Source: Candidatus Bathyarchaeia archaeon
Lineage (GTDB): Archaea > Thermoproteota > Bathyarchaeia > Bathyarchaeales > Bathycorpusculaceae
Direction of reading: 5' to 3'
Assembly (NCBI GenBank): GCA_049512935.1
Contig: JBEKWR010000013.1
Location: forward strand, 1-58,747
DNA length: 58,747 nt
Part shown: positions 35,944 through 45,618 of the stretch, piece after piece
Layout: the number at the start of each line of letters is the position of its first letter
How positions within the stretch are numbered: position 1 is the first letter of the stretch
Translations under genes and position numbers: made by a program
Notes under the pieces: generated by a model
What the model was told of the DNA's origin: nothing
Database searches by the model: none
Seen by the model: only the letters and a program-made list of their open reading frames with translations

Positions 35944-37509
35944 TTAGTGTTTGGGATGAACAGGTTTCCCGTTTACAATTGTCATTTCAACGTTGATACT
36001 CTTGATTTCGTCTGGTGAAACAAGCATGGGGTCTTCGGACAAAACCGTCAAGTCCGCCAGCTTGCCTTCCTCGATTGAACCCTTGACCTTCTCCTCGCCT
36101 GAGCAGTAGGCGGCGTCCAACGTGTACATGCGGAGTGCTTCTTCAACGCTTAAACGCTGCTCACTAAAACTGGCTCTTTGAACGGCTTCTTGCACGCCTA
36201 GCAGCGGGTTCAGGGGCTCCATAGGGCAGTCTGAGCCGCCTGCAACCTTGACGCCAGCATCCAGCAGCGTCTTGAGCGGGTGAAGCCACCTTGCCCTTTC
36301 AACGCCCAGATGCGCCGCGGCTGACCAGACGGCGAATTCCGTGGCGATAACCGTTGGCTGAACCGTGACGACGACCGCTTGGGCTTTCAAACGCCTGATT
36401 AATCCGCTGTTGAGAAGTGCTGCTTGCTCCATGCGAAAGCGGATGCCCTTGCTGGATGCGGCTTGGGCTTGCTCGATTACCTTCAACACCTCGTCAACGG
36501 CCTCGTCGCCCATCGCATGAATGACTGGTTGAAGACCCAACGCCAAAACCCGCTTAACTGAAGCCGCTAACTCTTGCTGGGTTAGAAGCAGTTTGCCCCT
36601 ATTGTCTGGGTCATCGCTGTAGGCTTGCTCCAAAGCGGCTGTTTTGGAGTCCAAGTACCCGTCTGTCGTGATTAAAACTCCGCCGACGCGTAACATGGAT
36701 AGGTCAGCTGGCTCGAAACCATCTGTTTCCTTCAAAAACTCATAGGGAACTATAACGTTGACCCTGACTGGAAGCTTCCCTTCTGCATGAAGCCTTTGAA
36801 CTATTTGAGACTCGTTCTGCGAGATAAGTATCCAGTGGATGCTGGTTATTCCTGCTTCAACTATTTCCCTGCATGCCAGCGCCGCCGCTTCAACAAGCTC
36901 ATCCACTATCGGTTCAGGAACAGCTTGCCAAACTAGGCTGGTGGCGGTGTCCCGAAAAATGCCTGTGATCTTGCCCGTCTGCGGGGCCTTGTCGATGGAG
37001 CCGCCTGAAGGAACAGCCGTTTGCTCGTTGACGCCAGCTAAAGTCAAGGCTTTACCGTTTACAGCGCACACCATCGCCGCTTCACGGTAAAGAATGACAG
37101 GGTTGTCGGGCGCAGCCTCGTCTAAGTCTGAAACGTTTACCGTACGTTTTTCTCTGAAGCGGTTCTCGTTCCACCCGCGACCGATAATCCATTTGCCCGA
37201 GGGGGTTTGCTTTGCCTTCTCGCTTATCATGCGTTGCAGCTCTTTGATGGAGTCTGCGCTGGTTAAGTCAAGCCACAGCAGGCATCGGCCGAAGTCGGCG
37301 ACGTGAATGTGGGTGTCAATCAAGCCGGGGATAACGGTTTTGCCGTTTAGGCTGATAACCCGTGTGCCTTTGCCTATTAGCGCGGTTATTTCTTGGTTGG
37401 TTCCAACTTTGACGATCCTGTTCTTTTTTATTGCCACCGCTTGAGCATCAGGCTTACGTGGGTTCATTGTTCGAACGTTCGCGTTTATTAGGGCTAAGTC
37501 TGCTGACAA
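35944..37509 (-). CDS. Amidohydrolase family 3 (YtcJ-like), variant metal site
   Basis: PGLIDTHIH, GRGW, IHAMGD, GSDCP, GSIEEGKLADLTVL. Confidence 0.88.
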   Translation of the reverse strand: MSADLALINANVRTMNPRKPDAQAVAIKKNRIVKVGTNQEITALIGKGTRVISLNGKTVIPGLIDTHIHVADFGRCLLWLDLTSADSIKELQRMISEKAKQTPSGKWIIGRGWNENRFREKRTVNVSDLDEAAPDNPVILYREAAMVCAVNGKALTLAGVNEQTAVPSGGSIDKAPQTGKITGIFRDTATSLVWQAVPEPIVDELVEAAALACREIVEAGITSIHWILISQNESQIVQRLHAEGKLPVRVNVIVPYEFLKETDGFEPADLSMLRVGGVLITTDGYLDSKTAALEQAYSDDPDNRGKLLLTQQELAASVKRVLALGLQPVIHAMGDEAVDEVLKVIEQAQAASSKGIRFRMEQAALLNSGLIRRLKAQAVVVTVQPTVIATEFAVWSAAAHLGVERARWLHPLKTLLDAGVKVAGGSDCPMEPLNPLLGVQEAVQRASFSEQRLSVEEALRMYTLDAAYCSGEEKVKGSIEEGKLADLTVLSEDPMLVSPDEIKSINVEMTIVNGKPVHPKH

Positions 37510-37614
37510 ACTGTCATTTCACCGAGCTGTGCCAATTCGCTATTTGGCGCTTGACATAAAACACTTGCGCTTAATCATACTGTTAGGTCAGCCTTGCGCC
37601 AAGAAAGAAAGGGG

Positions 37615-40305
37615 TCAAGAATGAGCCTGTGGCGTTTGTGGCTCGCCTTGCACGGATGGCTGGGCTTTTTTGTTTTTCGATGTGTCCATGGAGCCGACTA
37701 TTGCAAGTATAGCCATCGCCAATACAACAACCCCGATAATCACTGCCATTGAGGTCGATGTTAACGTTATACTGTATCCTGACGTGGTAGTTGGCGTCGT
37801 GGTCGAAGCCTGGCTGCTGACGTTTCCAGAGTAGCAGTAGACGTTCCAGTCGTTGCATCCGATGTATAGCATGCCGTTGGCTATTGCTGGTGATGACCAA
37901 CTGCTGGAGGGGGTGGTGGCGGTGTCGATTTTTGTTCCGTTCTCCGCTGTGTTGAGGACGTATACGTGGCGTTGGCTGGTTGCAACGTAGATGTAGCCGC
38001 TGGCGTAGGATGGCGAAACGTACAGCTCGTCGCCTGTGTAGGCGCTCCAGAGCACGTGGCCGTTCGTTGCGTTGAGGCAGGCTATGTTGAATATGTCGAT
38101 GATGTAGAGGTTGCCGTTCACGTAGATCGGTGAGGAAACGATGAACTCGATTGCGACGGGGTTGATTAAATCCCAAATTACCCTGCCTGTAGTTTCGTTT
38201 ACAGCGTAGTAAGCGCCCCAGTCCCCTGATGCGAAGACCATTCCTGCCGCGATCGATGGGGAACCAAGCATCTCTGTGCCGCCGACAAATGAGTGCTGGT
38301 AGGGAAGCGGTAGAGTCCAGAGCACGTTTCCAGTGTTTGCGTCGAGTTTAAAGAGCATGCCCGTGGATGGCTGTTGCGAAGTGAAGAAGACGGCGCCGTC
38401 TGCAAACGCGGGAGAGCACTCGATCGGTCCACCCGCAGACGCCTCCCAAACTATGACGCCAGTGTTCGCGTTAAGGCCGTACATGTTGCCGTCCAACGAG
38501 CCGATGTAAACCATGCCGTTCGACACTACAGGTGAAGATGTAAGCTCCAAGTTCGCGTAGGTAAACTGCTGGTTGCTGTCGACGTAGGTGTGCCAGACGA
38601 GCGACCCAGTGTTAGCATTGAGGCAGTAAACGTAGCCGTCGTCGGCTTCAATGTAAACCATCCCGTTTGCAACAGCCGGCGAATCTTCAATTGAGCCTCC
38701 CGTCGCGTATTTCCAGATTAGCTTGCCGTTCAAAGCGTTGATGGCGTAAAGGTTCTTGTCCTGTGAACCGACATAAACTACTTGGTTTACAACGGTCGGC
38801 GAAGAGACAACTGACCCATCGGTTGTGAATTTCCAAGCTAAATTAAGGGTGGAGGGACCCACGGCGGCGGTGCAGGAATGCGTAGGGTCGGCTCTAAACA
38901 TGGTCCAGTTGCTAACAACTGAAGTTGTAACTGGGGCAAACGGAGGCGCGGGTGTGGGTGTTGGCGTTGGAATCGCCGGGATTGTCGGAGGCGGAGTGTT
39001 AAGAGGTCCTGTTGGTGGCGTGGTGCTGCCTATTGCCCAAAGTTGGCTGTCCGTTGAGTATTCCGTTCCTGAGGTCGTGTCAACTGCGGTTGTGACTTCG
39101 CCAGGAATTATGTATAAGTTTCCGTACGCCACAATGTTGGATTCCCGGGGCGCCAACGCCTCTATTGGAAGCGTCCAAATGACCTGCCCAGTGAAGGCGT
39201 TTATGCATGAAAATTGAGAGGCTCCGGCTGGACCGTTATACGCTGCATGTTGACCTGACGTTACGTAGATCATTCCGTCGGCAACCGTGGGCATTCCGGG
39301 CCAAATCAATGTGCTGTCGGCGCCTTTGTAGGTCCACAGTAGATCGCCGTTTTGCTCGTTGAAGGCGTAGAGGTACCCGTCTTTGTTCATTTCATAAACG
39401 TTCCCATAAGCCACGGCGGGCCCCGTTGTGAAGTATCCAGACGGGTCTGACGGTGGCGTGTATGTCCACACGATTTTCCCAGTGGTCGCGTCAAAAGCGT
39501 ACATTGTGTTGTCGTCTGTTCCTCCTCTGAAGAAGAGACCGTCAGAGTAGGCGCCGTTGAAGATCATAGGCCCCTTCGTGAGCGTGTCCCACACGATTTT
39601 TCCAGTGGTCGCGTTGAGCGCCAACTGCTGGTTTAGAAAAGAGCCTGCAAAGACCAAACCGTCACCGTACGTTGTCCCGATGCCGGTTAAGCCTCCGCCT
39701 GGAATGTAAGTCGTCCAAGCAACGGTGGGCGGTTTTGAGGGGTCAGCAAAACTCCAAGCGATGATGTAGGAGTTATCTTTCACGTAAAACATTTTTTGAT
39801 CTGGACTGTAGACGTTATTGGTGAATATTCCAGTGTCGGCGCAGAACGACGTGCTTGTCCACAGGATTTTTCCCGTGGTCGGGTTGAGGCAGCTGCCTTC
39901 CACAACCAAGTGTGAAGAGTCGATTTCATAGGCTATCGGCCAAGTTTTGTTCATCGGGATTACCGTGCTCCAAGCGATCTGCCCAGCTTGCGTTACTGCG
40001 ACGAGGGACGTGTTTGTGCCGACAAAGATTAGCCCGTCGAAGGCTGTGATGTAGGGTTGGATGCCGGGCACGCTCGCCTTCCACAGTATGTTTGATGTGT
40101 CAGGGGCTGGTCCTGCCGAGAAACGGGTGAACGACTGATCCCCTTGCAGTTGGGGCCAATCGTACTGATTCAAATTAGTGGAGCCTGAAGTTGTGGCAGC
40201 GTTCGTTTGACCGCTCGCACTCATCTGAATGCTTACCGAGGTGAAAAATGAGACAAGTAACAGGATTGAAACGATCAAGACTAATAATTTTTTGGAAATT
40301 AACAT
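37615..40305 (-). CDS. Secreted PQQ-like double beta-propeller protein with Pro/Thr linker and C-terminal TM
   Basis: Signal peptide, repeated A-x-x-A-x-TG-x-x-x-W motifs, TPPPTIPAIPTPTPTP linker, second domain starting WTMFRAD. Confidence 0.88.
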   Translation of the reverse strand: MLISKKLLVLIVSILLLVSFFTSVSIQMSASGQTNAATTSGSTNLNQYDWPQLQGDQSFTRFSAGPAPDTSNILWKASVPGIQPYITAFDGLIFVGTNTSLVAVTQAGQIAWSTVIPMNKTWPIAYEIDSSHLVVEGSCLNPTTGKILWTSTSFCADTGIFTNNVYSPDQKMFYVKDNSYIIAWSFADPSKPPTVAWTTYIPGGGLTGIGTTYGDGLVFAGSFLNQQLALNATTGKIVWDTLTKGPMIFNGAYSDGLFFRGGTDDNTMYAFDATTGKIVWTYTPPSDPSGYFTTGPAVAYGNVYEMNKDGYLYAFNEQNGDLLWTYKGADSTLIWPGMPTVADGMIYVTSGQHAAYNGPAGASQFSCINAFTGQVIWTLPIEALAPRESNIVAYGNLYIIPGEVTTAVDTTSGTEYSTDSQLWAIGSTTPPTGPLNTPPPTIPAIPTPTPTPAPPFAPVTTSVVSNWTMFRADPTHSCTAAVGPSTLNLAWKFTTDGSVVSSPTVVNQVVYVGSQDKNLYAINALNGKLIWKYATGGSIEDSPAVANGMVYIEADDGYVYCLNANTGSLVWHTYVDSNQQFTYANLELTSSPVVSNGMVYIGSLDGNMYGLNANTGVIVWEASAGGPIECSPAFADGAVFFTSQQPSTGMLFKLDANTGNVLWTLPLPYQHSFVGGTEMLGSPSIAAGMVFASGDWGAYYAVNETTGRVIWDLINPVAIEFIVSSPIYVNGNLYIIDIFNIACLNATNGHVLWSAYTGDELYVSPSYASGYIYVATSQRHVYVLNTAENGTKIDTATTPSSSWSSPAIANGMLYIGCNDWNVYCYSGNVSSQASTTTPTTTSGYSITLTSTSMAVIIGVVVLAMAILAIVGSMDTSKNKKAQPSVQGEPQTPQAHS

Positions 40306-40554
40306 TGCCCCCCGAAATTTAACTTTGGATTTCCCGTTAAGTGGCTAAGCGTTATCACCCTTATGATAATGATTTCACTATAAGCCTTGCGGAAATAAAC
40401 CTTACGGGAAACCATGCCTGCCCCATTTGAGCCTAAGAACCTACTGATAGGGTGCTGCTGCCGTTAAAAACGCAAAAAACAGGGGAACCGCACAATCTTT
40501 TTTAGGTTGAAAGGAAACGTTAAGGTAAATAATGAATCAGCGTAGAGAATCAAG

Positions 40555-41640
40555 GTGGGTTTTGGCTTGACAAGTAAGGGTCCTTTACTTATGACTTCTT
40601 GGAGGGCGACAGGCGCCTGCAACGCAAGATGCCGATACTGCAACGTTGACGCTACGGGTAAGCATGCCCCAAGAGAGATGACTACGAAAGAGGCGTTGCA
40701 CTTGGTTGATGAAGTGCACAAGTTCGGCGTAAGATGGTTCGGCTTAAAAGGCGGCGAACCGCTCATGCGCGAAGACATTTTTGAAATCGTCACCTACGCG
40801 AAAAGCTTAGGCCTCAACGTGTGCCTGCTGACTAACGGGTGCTTCGTGGACGGGAAAATCTACGATAACTTGGTCAAGAACCAAGTCTGGACGTCAGTGA
40901 GCATTGATGGACCTGAAGAGATTAACGATCAACTGCGAGGGAAGGGTTCTTACAAGAAGGCGTTGGCAGCCATCGAGAAGTTGTCAGCGGGCAAAATCTT
41001 AAACGGGTTGGCATGCGCAATCACCACCATCAACTACAAGTATCTGGACCACGTCGCAGAGTTAGCTGACAAGTACCACGCAAACTTTGTCTGGTACAAC
41101 CATCTCGTGCCCAGCGGCAGAGCCAAATCAACTATGGAACTGACCCCGACGCCTGAAGAGTACGAGTGGACTCTCAATCATATATGGGACTTAAGTGTAA
41201 AGTATGAGGGAAAATTCGAAATCCACGTTCACTGCCCCCACTTTGCACGCGTGGTGAAACAGCGAAACATCCCGAACTTTGACGAGTGGTATGAACGCAA
41301 GTTTCACGGAAAATGCACTTACTTCGCCTTCGGCGGCTACCTAAGCGTAACCGAAAACGGCGACTTAATCCCCTGCTTCTACACGGACCTTCAGCCTTCA
41401 GAGCCTATGATGCTGGGAAACGTCAGAGACAAAAGCCTCAGCACCGCATGGAAGGAAGTTCAAGAGTCAAAGTACTACCGCAGCTTCCAAAACAGGAACC
41501 TCTTGAAAGGCAAATGCGGCGTCTGCGAGTACCGGGAAATCTGCGGAGGCTGCCGAAACAGGGCTTACGCTTACACGGGCGACATCTACGAGTCTGACCC
41601 AGCGTGCGTGTACATACCGAAAAGTCTGCGCAAGAAATAG
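40555..41640 (+). CDS. Radical SAM/SPASM protein (NirJ/Ahb-like)
   Basis: CNARCRYC, GGEP, LVPSGR, CGVCEYREICGGCRNRAY...DPAC. Confidence 0.9.
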   Translation: MGFGLTSKGPLLMTSWRATGACNARCRYCNVDATGKHAPREMTTKEALHLVDEVHKFGVRWFGLKGGEPLMREDIFEIVTYAKSLGLNVCLLTNGCFVDGKIYDNLVKNQVWTSVSIDGPEEINDQLRGKGSYKKALAAIEKLSAGKILNGLACAITTINYKYLDHVAELADKYHANFVWYNHLVPSGRAKSTMELTPTPEEYEWTLNHIWDLSVKYEGKFEIHVHCPHFARVVKQRNIPNFDEWYERKFHGKCTYFAFGGYLSVTENGDLIPCFYTDLQPSEPMMLGNVRDKSLSTAWKEVQESKYYRSFQNRNLLKGKCGVCEYREICGGCRNRAYAYTGDIYESDPACVYIPKSLRKK

Positions 41641-41710
41641 CCCTGAATTTTTCAGGTTTCAAAAGAAAACGTCTTTAAGCCTACAAGAACGATGATAATC
41701 AGAGCAAAAA

Positions 41711-43948
41711 ATGAAAACAGTGGCTACTATTTCTCTTGTTCTGATAGTGCTGTTTTTAGCCTCAGGCATTTCCGCGATCGTTGTCTCCGCAGAAGGCGTA
41801 AGCGGGGACGCGTGGCCCATGTTTCACGGCGACGTCTCGCATTCAGGCTACTCAAACTCTTTAGCGCCGCAGACTAATCAGACCCTGTGGACGTTTAACA
41901 CCGGCGGCCAAGTGGATTCGCCCACGGTCGTTGACGGCGTGGTTTACGTTGGCTCATACGACCATAAGATCTACGCTTTTAACGCCTCGAGCGGCGCAGT
42001 CATTTGGGATTCACTTACTGGGGGAATAGTGATTTCTCGTCCCGCGGTGGTGAACGGCGCGGTGTACGTTGGTTCGGAAGACCATAACCTCTACGCTTTT
42101 GACGCGGCAAACGGCGACAAACTGTGGAACTACACGACGGGGTACTATGTTGACTGCGACCCAGCCGTGGCTTACGGCATGGTTTTTTTCGGTTCTGAAG
42201 ACAGGAACGTCTACGCTTTGAACGCGGCGACGGGAGCGTACGTGTGGAATTACACCACGGGCTACAAGATTATGTTGTCCTCGCCCACGGTGAATGATGG
42301 GATAGTTTACATCGGCTCTGAAGACGGCAAGCTTTACGCGTTAAACGCTTACAGCGGCGCGCTGGTTTGGAGCTACACGACGAAAGGCGCAATCGTCTCT
42401 TCCCCCGCCCAAAGCAACGGCGTGGTGTACGTGGGCTCAGTGGACGGCAACATCTACGCATTAGATTCTTTCAGCGGCAAGCCAGTTTGGAATTTCACAT
42501 CTGGCGGCTCCATCTACTCTTCTCCATTTGTTGCGAACGGGTTGGTCTACGTCGGATCGACGGACAACAGAGTCTACGCGCTCAACGCGCAGAGTGGTAA
42601 GGCTGCTTGGAACTTCACAACCGGCGCCGAGGTGGCTTCTTCCCCGATGGTTGCTGGCGGCGTCGTTTACGTGGGTTCGGAGGATAACAGGGTTTACGCG
42701 CTTAACGCCGTGGACGGGGGATTTCTGTGGAGCTTTTTGACTGGTGACTTTGTGATTTCTCGCCCCGCCGTGGCGGAAGGCTTCGTTTACGTTGGCTCGT
42801 TCGACGGAAAACTTTACGCCCTGAACGCGTCTGACGGCGGCTACGTTTGGAGTTTTGCGACTGGCGGCGAAATTGATTCGTCACCGACGGTTTCCGGCGG
42901 CTTGGTGTACGTGGGCTCGCATGACGGCAAAGTGTACGCGCTGAACGCTTCCACAGGCATGGTCGGCTTCAATTTGGAGGAGCACAACAGCGACGTGTGG
43001 ACATACTCGACAGGGAACATGGTTATGTTTTCGTCCCCAGCGGTTGCTGACGGCGTTCTTTACGTCGGATCATACGACGGCAACCTTTACGCCCTGAACG
43101 CAACAACGGGCGCTTTCATCTGGAGTTACAAGACGGGCGGACCCGTGGTTTCTTCACCTTCGGTGGAAAACGGCGTGGTCTACGTGGGTTCGGAGGATCA
43201 TTGCGTTTACGCTTTGAACGCCTCCAATGGAGCTTTAGAGTGGAGGTACGTGACGGGCGGGCAGATCATAGCGTCCTCTCCAGCCATTTACGAGGGCAGA
43301 GTCTACATTGGCTCAGACGACGAAAACGTGTACTGCTTAAACGCGTCTAGCGGCAGGCTCATGTGGAACTACACCACGGGCAGCTACGTGGTTTCTTCCC
43401 CAACCATCGCAAACGGCTTGGTCTACGCTGGCTCCTACGACCACAGCATTTACGCGTTGAACGCTTTGACGGGAAAGCTGGCTTGGAGCTTCGCCACGGA
43501 CGGGAACGTGACTTCGACGCCAGCCGTTGCAAAGGGCGTAGTCTACGCGGGTTCAGCGGACGGCAAGGTTTATGCTCTGCGCGCATCCGACGGCAAGATG
43601 CTTTGGAGCTACGCGACTGGAGGCGAGGTTGCTTCGTCACCCGCGGTGGCGGACGGAGTGGTTTACGTGGGATCTTTCGACGGCTCCCTTTACGCTCTGC
43701 AAGCCGCTTCTGGCAAGTTGGTTTGGAGTTACGCGACTGGCGGAATGGTGGTTTCTTCACCCGCCGTGGCCGACAACACCGTTTTCGTCGGCTCTTACAA
43801 TCACATGCTCTACGCGTTCGGACCAGCCCAAAGCAAGCAAACCAGCGCCTCCCTTAACGCGACTCTTGCTTTGGCAATTGCTGCGGTGGCTGTCGCACTT
43901 GCGGTGGTTTTGACGATTGCGCTCTACAGAATGCGGCGAAAGGCGTAG
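41711..43948 (+). CDS. Secreted BamB/PQQ-repeat protein (16 repeats) with C-terminal TM
   Basis: 16 repeats of about 40 aa, SSPxVxxGxVYVGSxDxxxYALNAxxGxxxW; signal peptide; C-terminal anchor followed by RMRRKA. Confidence 0.92.
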   Translation: MKTVATISLVLIVLFLASGISAIVVSAEGVSGDAWPMFHGDVSHSGYSNSLAPQTNQTLWTFNTGGQVDSPTVVDGVVYVGSYDHKIYAFNASSGAVIWDSLTGGIVISRPAVVNGAVYVGSEDHNLYAFDAANGDKLWNYTTGYYVDCDPAVAYGMVFFGSEDRNVYALNAATGAYVWNYTTGYKIMLSSPTVNDGIVYIGSEDGKLYALNAYSGALVWSYTTKGAIVSSPAQSNGVVYVGSVDGNIYALDSFSGKPVWNFTSGGSIYSSPFVANGLVYVGSTDNRVYALNAQSGKAAWNFTTGAEVASSPMVAGGVVYVGSEDNRVYALNAVDGGFLWSFLTGDFVISRPAVAEGFVYVGSFDGKLYALNASDGGYVWSFATGGEIDSSPTVSGGLVYVGSHDGKVYALNASTGMVGFNLEEHNSDVWTYSTGNMVMFSSPAVADGVLYVGSYDGNLYALNATTGAFIWSYKTGGPVVSSPSVENGVVYVGSEDHCVYALNASNGALEWRYVTGGQIIASSPAIYEGRVYIGSDDENVYCLNASSGRLMWNYTTGSYVVSSPTIANGLVYAGSYDHSIYALNALTGKLAWSFATDGNVTSTPAVAKGVVYAGSADGKVYALRASDGKMLWSYATGGEVASSPAVADGVVYVGSFDGSLYALQAASGKLVWSYATGGMVVSSPAVADNTVFVGSYNHMLYAFGPAQSKQTSASLNATLALAIAAVAVALAVVLTIALYRMRRKA

Positions 43949-44111
43949 TTTAAGCCTCGGAAACTCGGTTTTTCACTGGAAAGCACCTCGTTTTTCTTTT
44001 CGCCTTCTAACTTGCCGTTCAGCGTAACCTTAAAATTCTCAGACAACATTGCCTAACACTATACTCTGGACAGAATGACATGTTCATTCATGCAACTTGC
44101 ATTAAACGTGT

Positions 44112-45521
44112 ATGTTTATGACCGCAAACAAGACGAAGATTGCTCTGGTTAATTCGCCTCTGATTCAAGACGTTGGGCACCATCCACTCTTCCCGCCGCT
44201 TGGCTTAGCGTACATGACGGGCGTGCTGGAGCAGAACGGTTTTGAAGTGAAAATTTACGATTGCCCAGTCTGCCAGATGGACCATGAAAAGCTTAAGGCT
44301 GAACTGGCGTCTTTCCAGCCGACCATCGTTGGAATTGGCTCCATGACGCCGACGATTGAGTCAGCGCTCAAATCCGCCAGGGTCGCCAAAGAAGCCTGTC
44401 CCGACGCCAAAGTTGTGATGGGAGGACCGCACGCGACTTTCGCTGGCGAACAGATTCTCAACGACGAAAAAACCGTCGATGTCGTCGTGAGGGGCGAAGG
44501 TGAAGAAACCCTTTTGGAGTTGGCGAAGCAGGCGCCTGACTTGACGAAAATCAGCGAGGTGAAGGGCGTGACTTATCGGCGGGATAACCAGATTGTTCAG
44601 TCGCCCAACAGGCCTTTCATCGAGAACCTTGACGCTTTGCCGCGTCCAGCCTACGATCACCTTCAGGTTGACAAGTACAGGATTTACGGGCGGAAACTTT
44701 TGCCGATGATGTCAAGCCGCGGATGCCCCTTCCAATGCAGCTTCTGCGTTGCGTCTCAAATGTTCGGCGCAAGGTTCAGGGGAAGAAGCCCAAGCAACGT
44801 GCTTGACGAGATGGAGTGGCTCAGAGACGAGTACGGGGCAGAAGGCATCACGTTCCAAGATGATACGTTAACGTTCGACAGGAAAAGGGCGGTTGAAATC
44901 TGCGACGGAATCTTGGAGAGAAAAATAAATCTGCCTTGGGGCTGCGGAACAAGGGCAGACTTGGTTTCAGAGGAGCTTTTGGCGAAGATGAGCAAGGCTC
45001 ACTGCAACGAGATATGCTTCGGTGTGGAGTCAGGCTGCCAAAGGATCCGTGACGCGCTCAAGAAGAGGGTTACGACGGCACAGTGCGAAAACGCCATTAA
45101 ATGGGCGAAGGCGGCAGGAATTTTCGTTACGGCGTCCATCATCATCGGGTACCCTGGCGAGACAAAAGAGTCTCTGCAGGAAACCCTTGATTTCGTGCGT
45201 AAAGTGGAGCCTGACGACGTCTACTTGAACCACGCGACGCCTTACCCGGGAACTGAGCTGCGCGCTTTGATTGAGAGCTTCGGCTGGAAGATGGTGGAGG
45301 ACTGGAAACTCTACAACACCATGACCCCGATCTTCGAGGACCCAGCCTTGCCGTCCAACGAGATCGCTCAGATGCGCAAGAACTTCTACAACAAGTTTTA
45401 CGGTCCACGCTACATCATGCGTCAAGGCGTCAAAGGCTACTTGAAGGGCAACCTGTACAGCAAGATCATGGCGCGGACAGCCGTGAACTACAACCTCTGG
45501 CGAATCATGGCCCGCATGTAA
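44112..45521 (+). CDS. Cobalamin-dependent radical SAM enzyme
   Basis: PPLGLAYM, GGPHAT, GEGE, SSRGCPFQCSFC, FQDD, FGVESG, TPYPGT. Confidence 0.93.
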   Translation: MFMTANKTKIALVNSPLIQDVGHHPLFPPLGLAYMTGVLEQNGFEVKIYDCPVCQMDHEKLKAELASFQPTIVGIGSMTPTIESALKSARVAKEACPDAKVVMGGPHATFAGEQILNDEKTVDVVVRGEGEETLLELAKQAPDLTKISEVKGVTYRRDNQIVQSPNRPFIENLDALPRPAYDHLQVDKYRIYGRKLLPMMSSRGCPFQCSFCVASQMFGARFRGRSPSNVLDEMEWLRDEYGAEGITFQDDTLTFDRKRAVEICDGILERKINLPWGCGTRADLVSEELLAKMSKAHCNEICFGVESGCQRIRDALKKRVTTAQCENAIKWAKAAGIFVTASIIIGYPGETKESLQETLDFVRKVEPDDVYLNHATPYPGTELRALIESFGWKMVEDWKLYNTMTPIFEDPALPSNEIAQMRKNFYNKFYGPRYIMRQGVKGYLKGNLYSKIMARTAVNYNLWRIMARM

Positions 45522-45618
45522 CCTTGCTTCACAAAATGAGAAACATGCGACGACGCTTTTTACGTAAACTTTATTATGGCATCGAACGGTTTTAAAACGG
45601 TAAACCGAGGAGAGACAC

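Noticed and set aside
41880-43820. Roughly 120-bp periodic DNA repeats that could suggest a CRISPR array
   Set aside because: They are degenerate in-frame coding repeats of the PQQ/BamB beta-propeller; there is no identical-repeat/unique-spacer structure and no cas gene.
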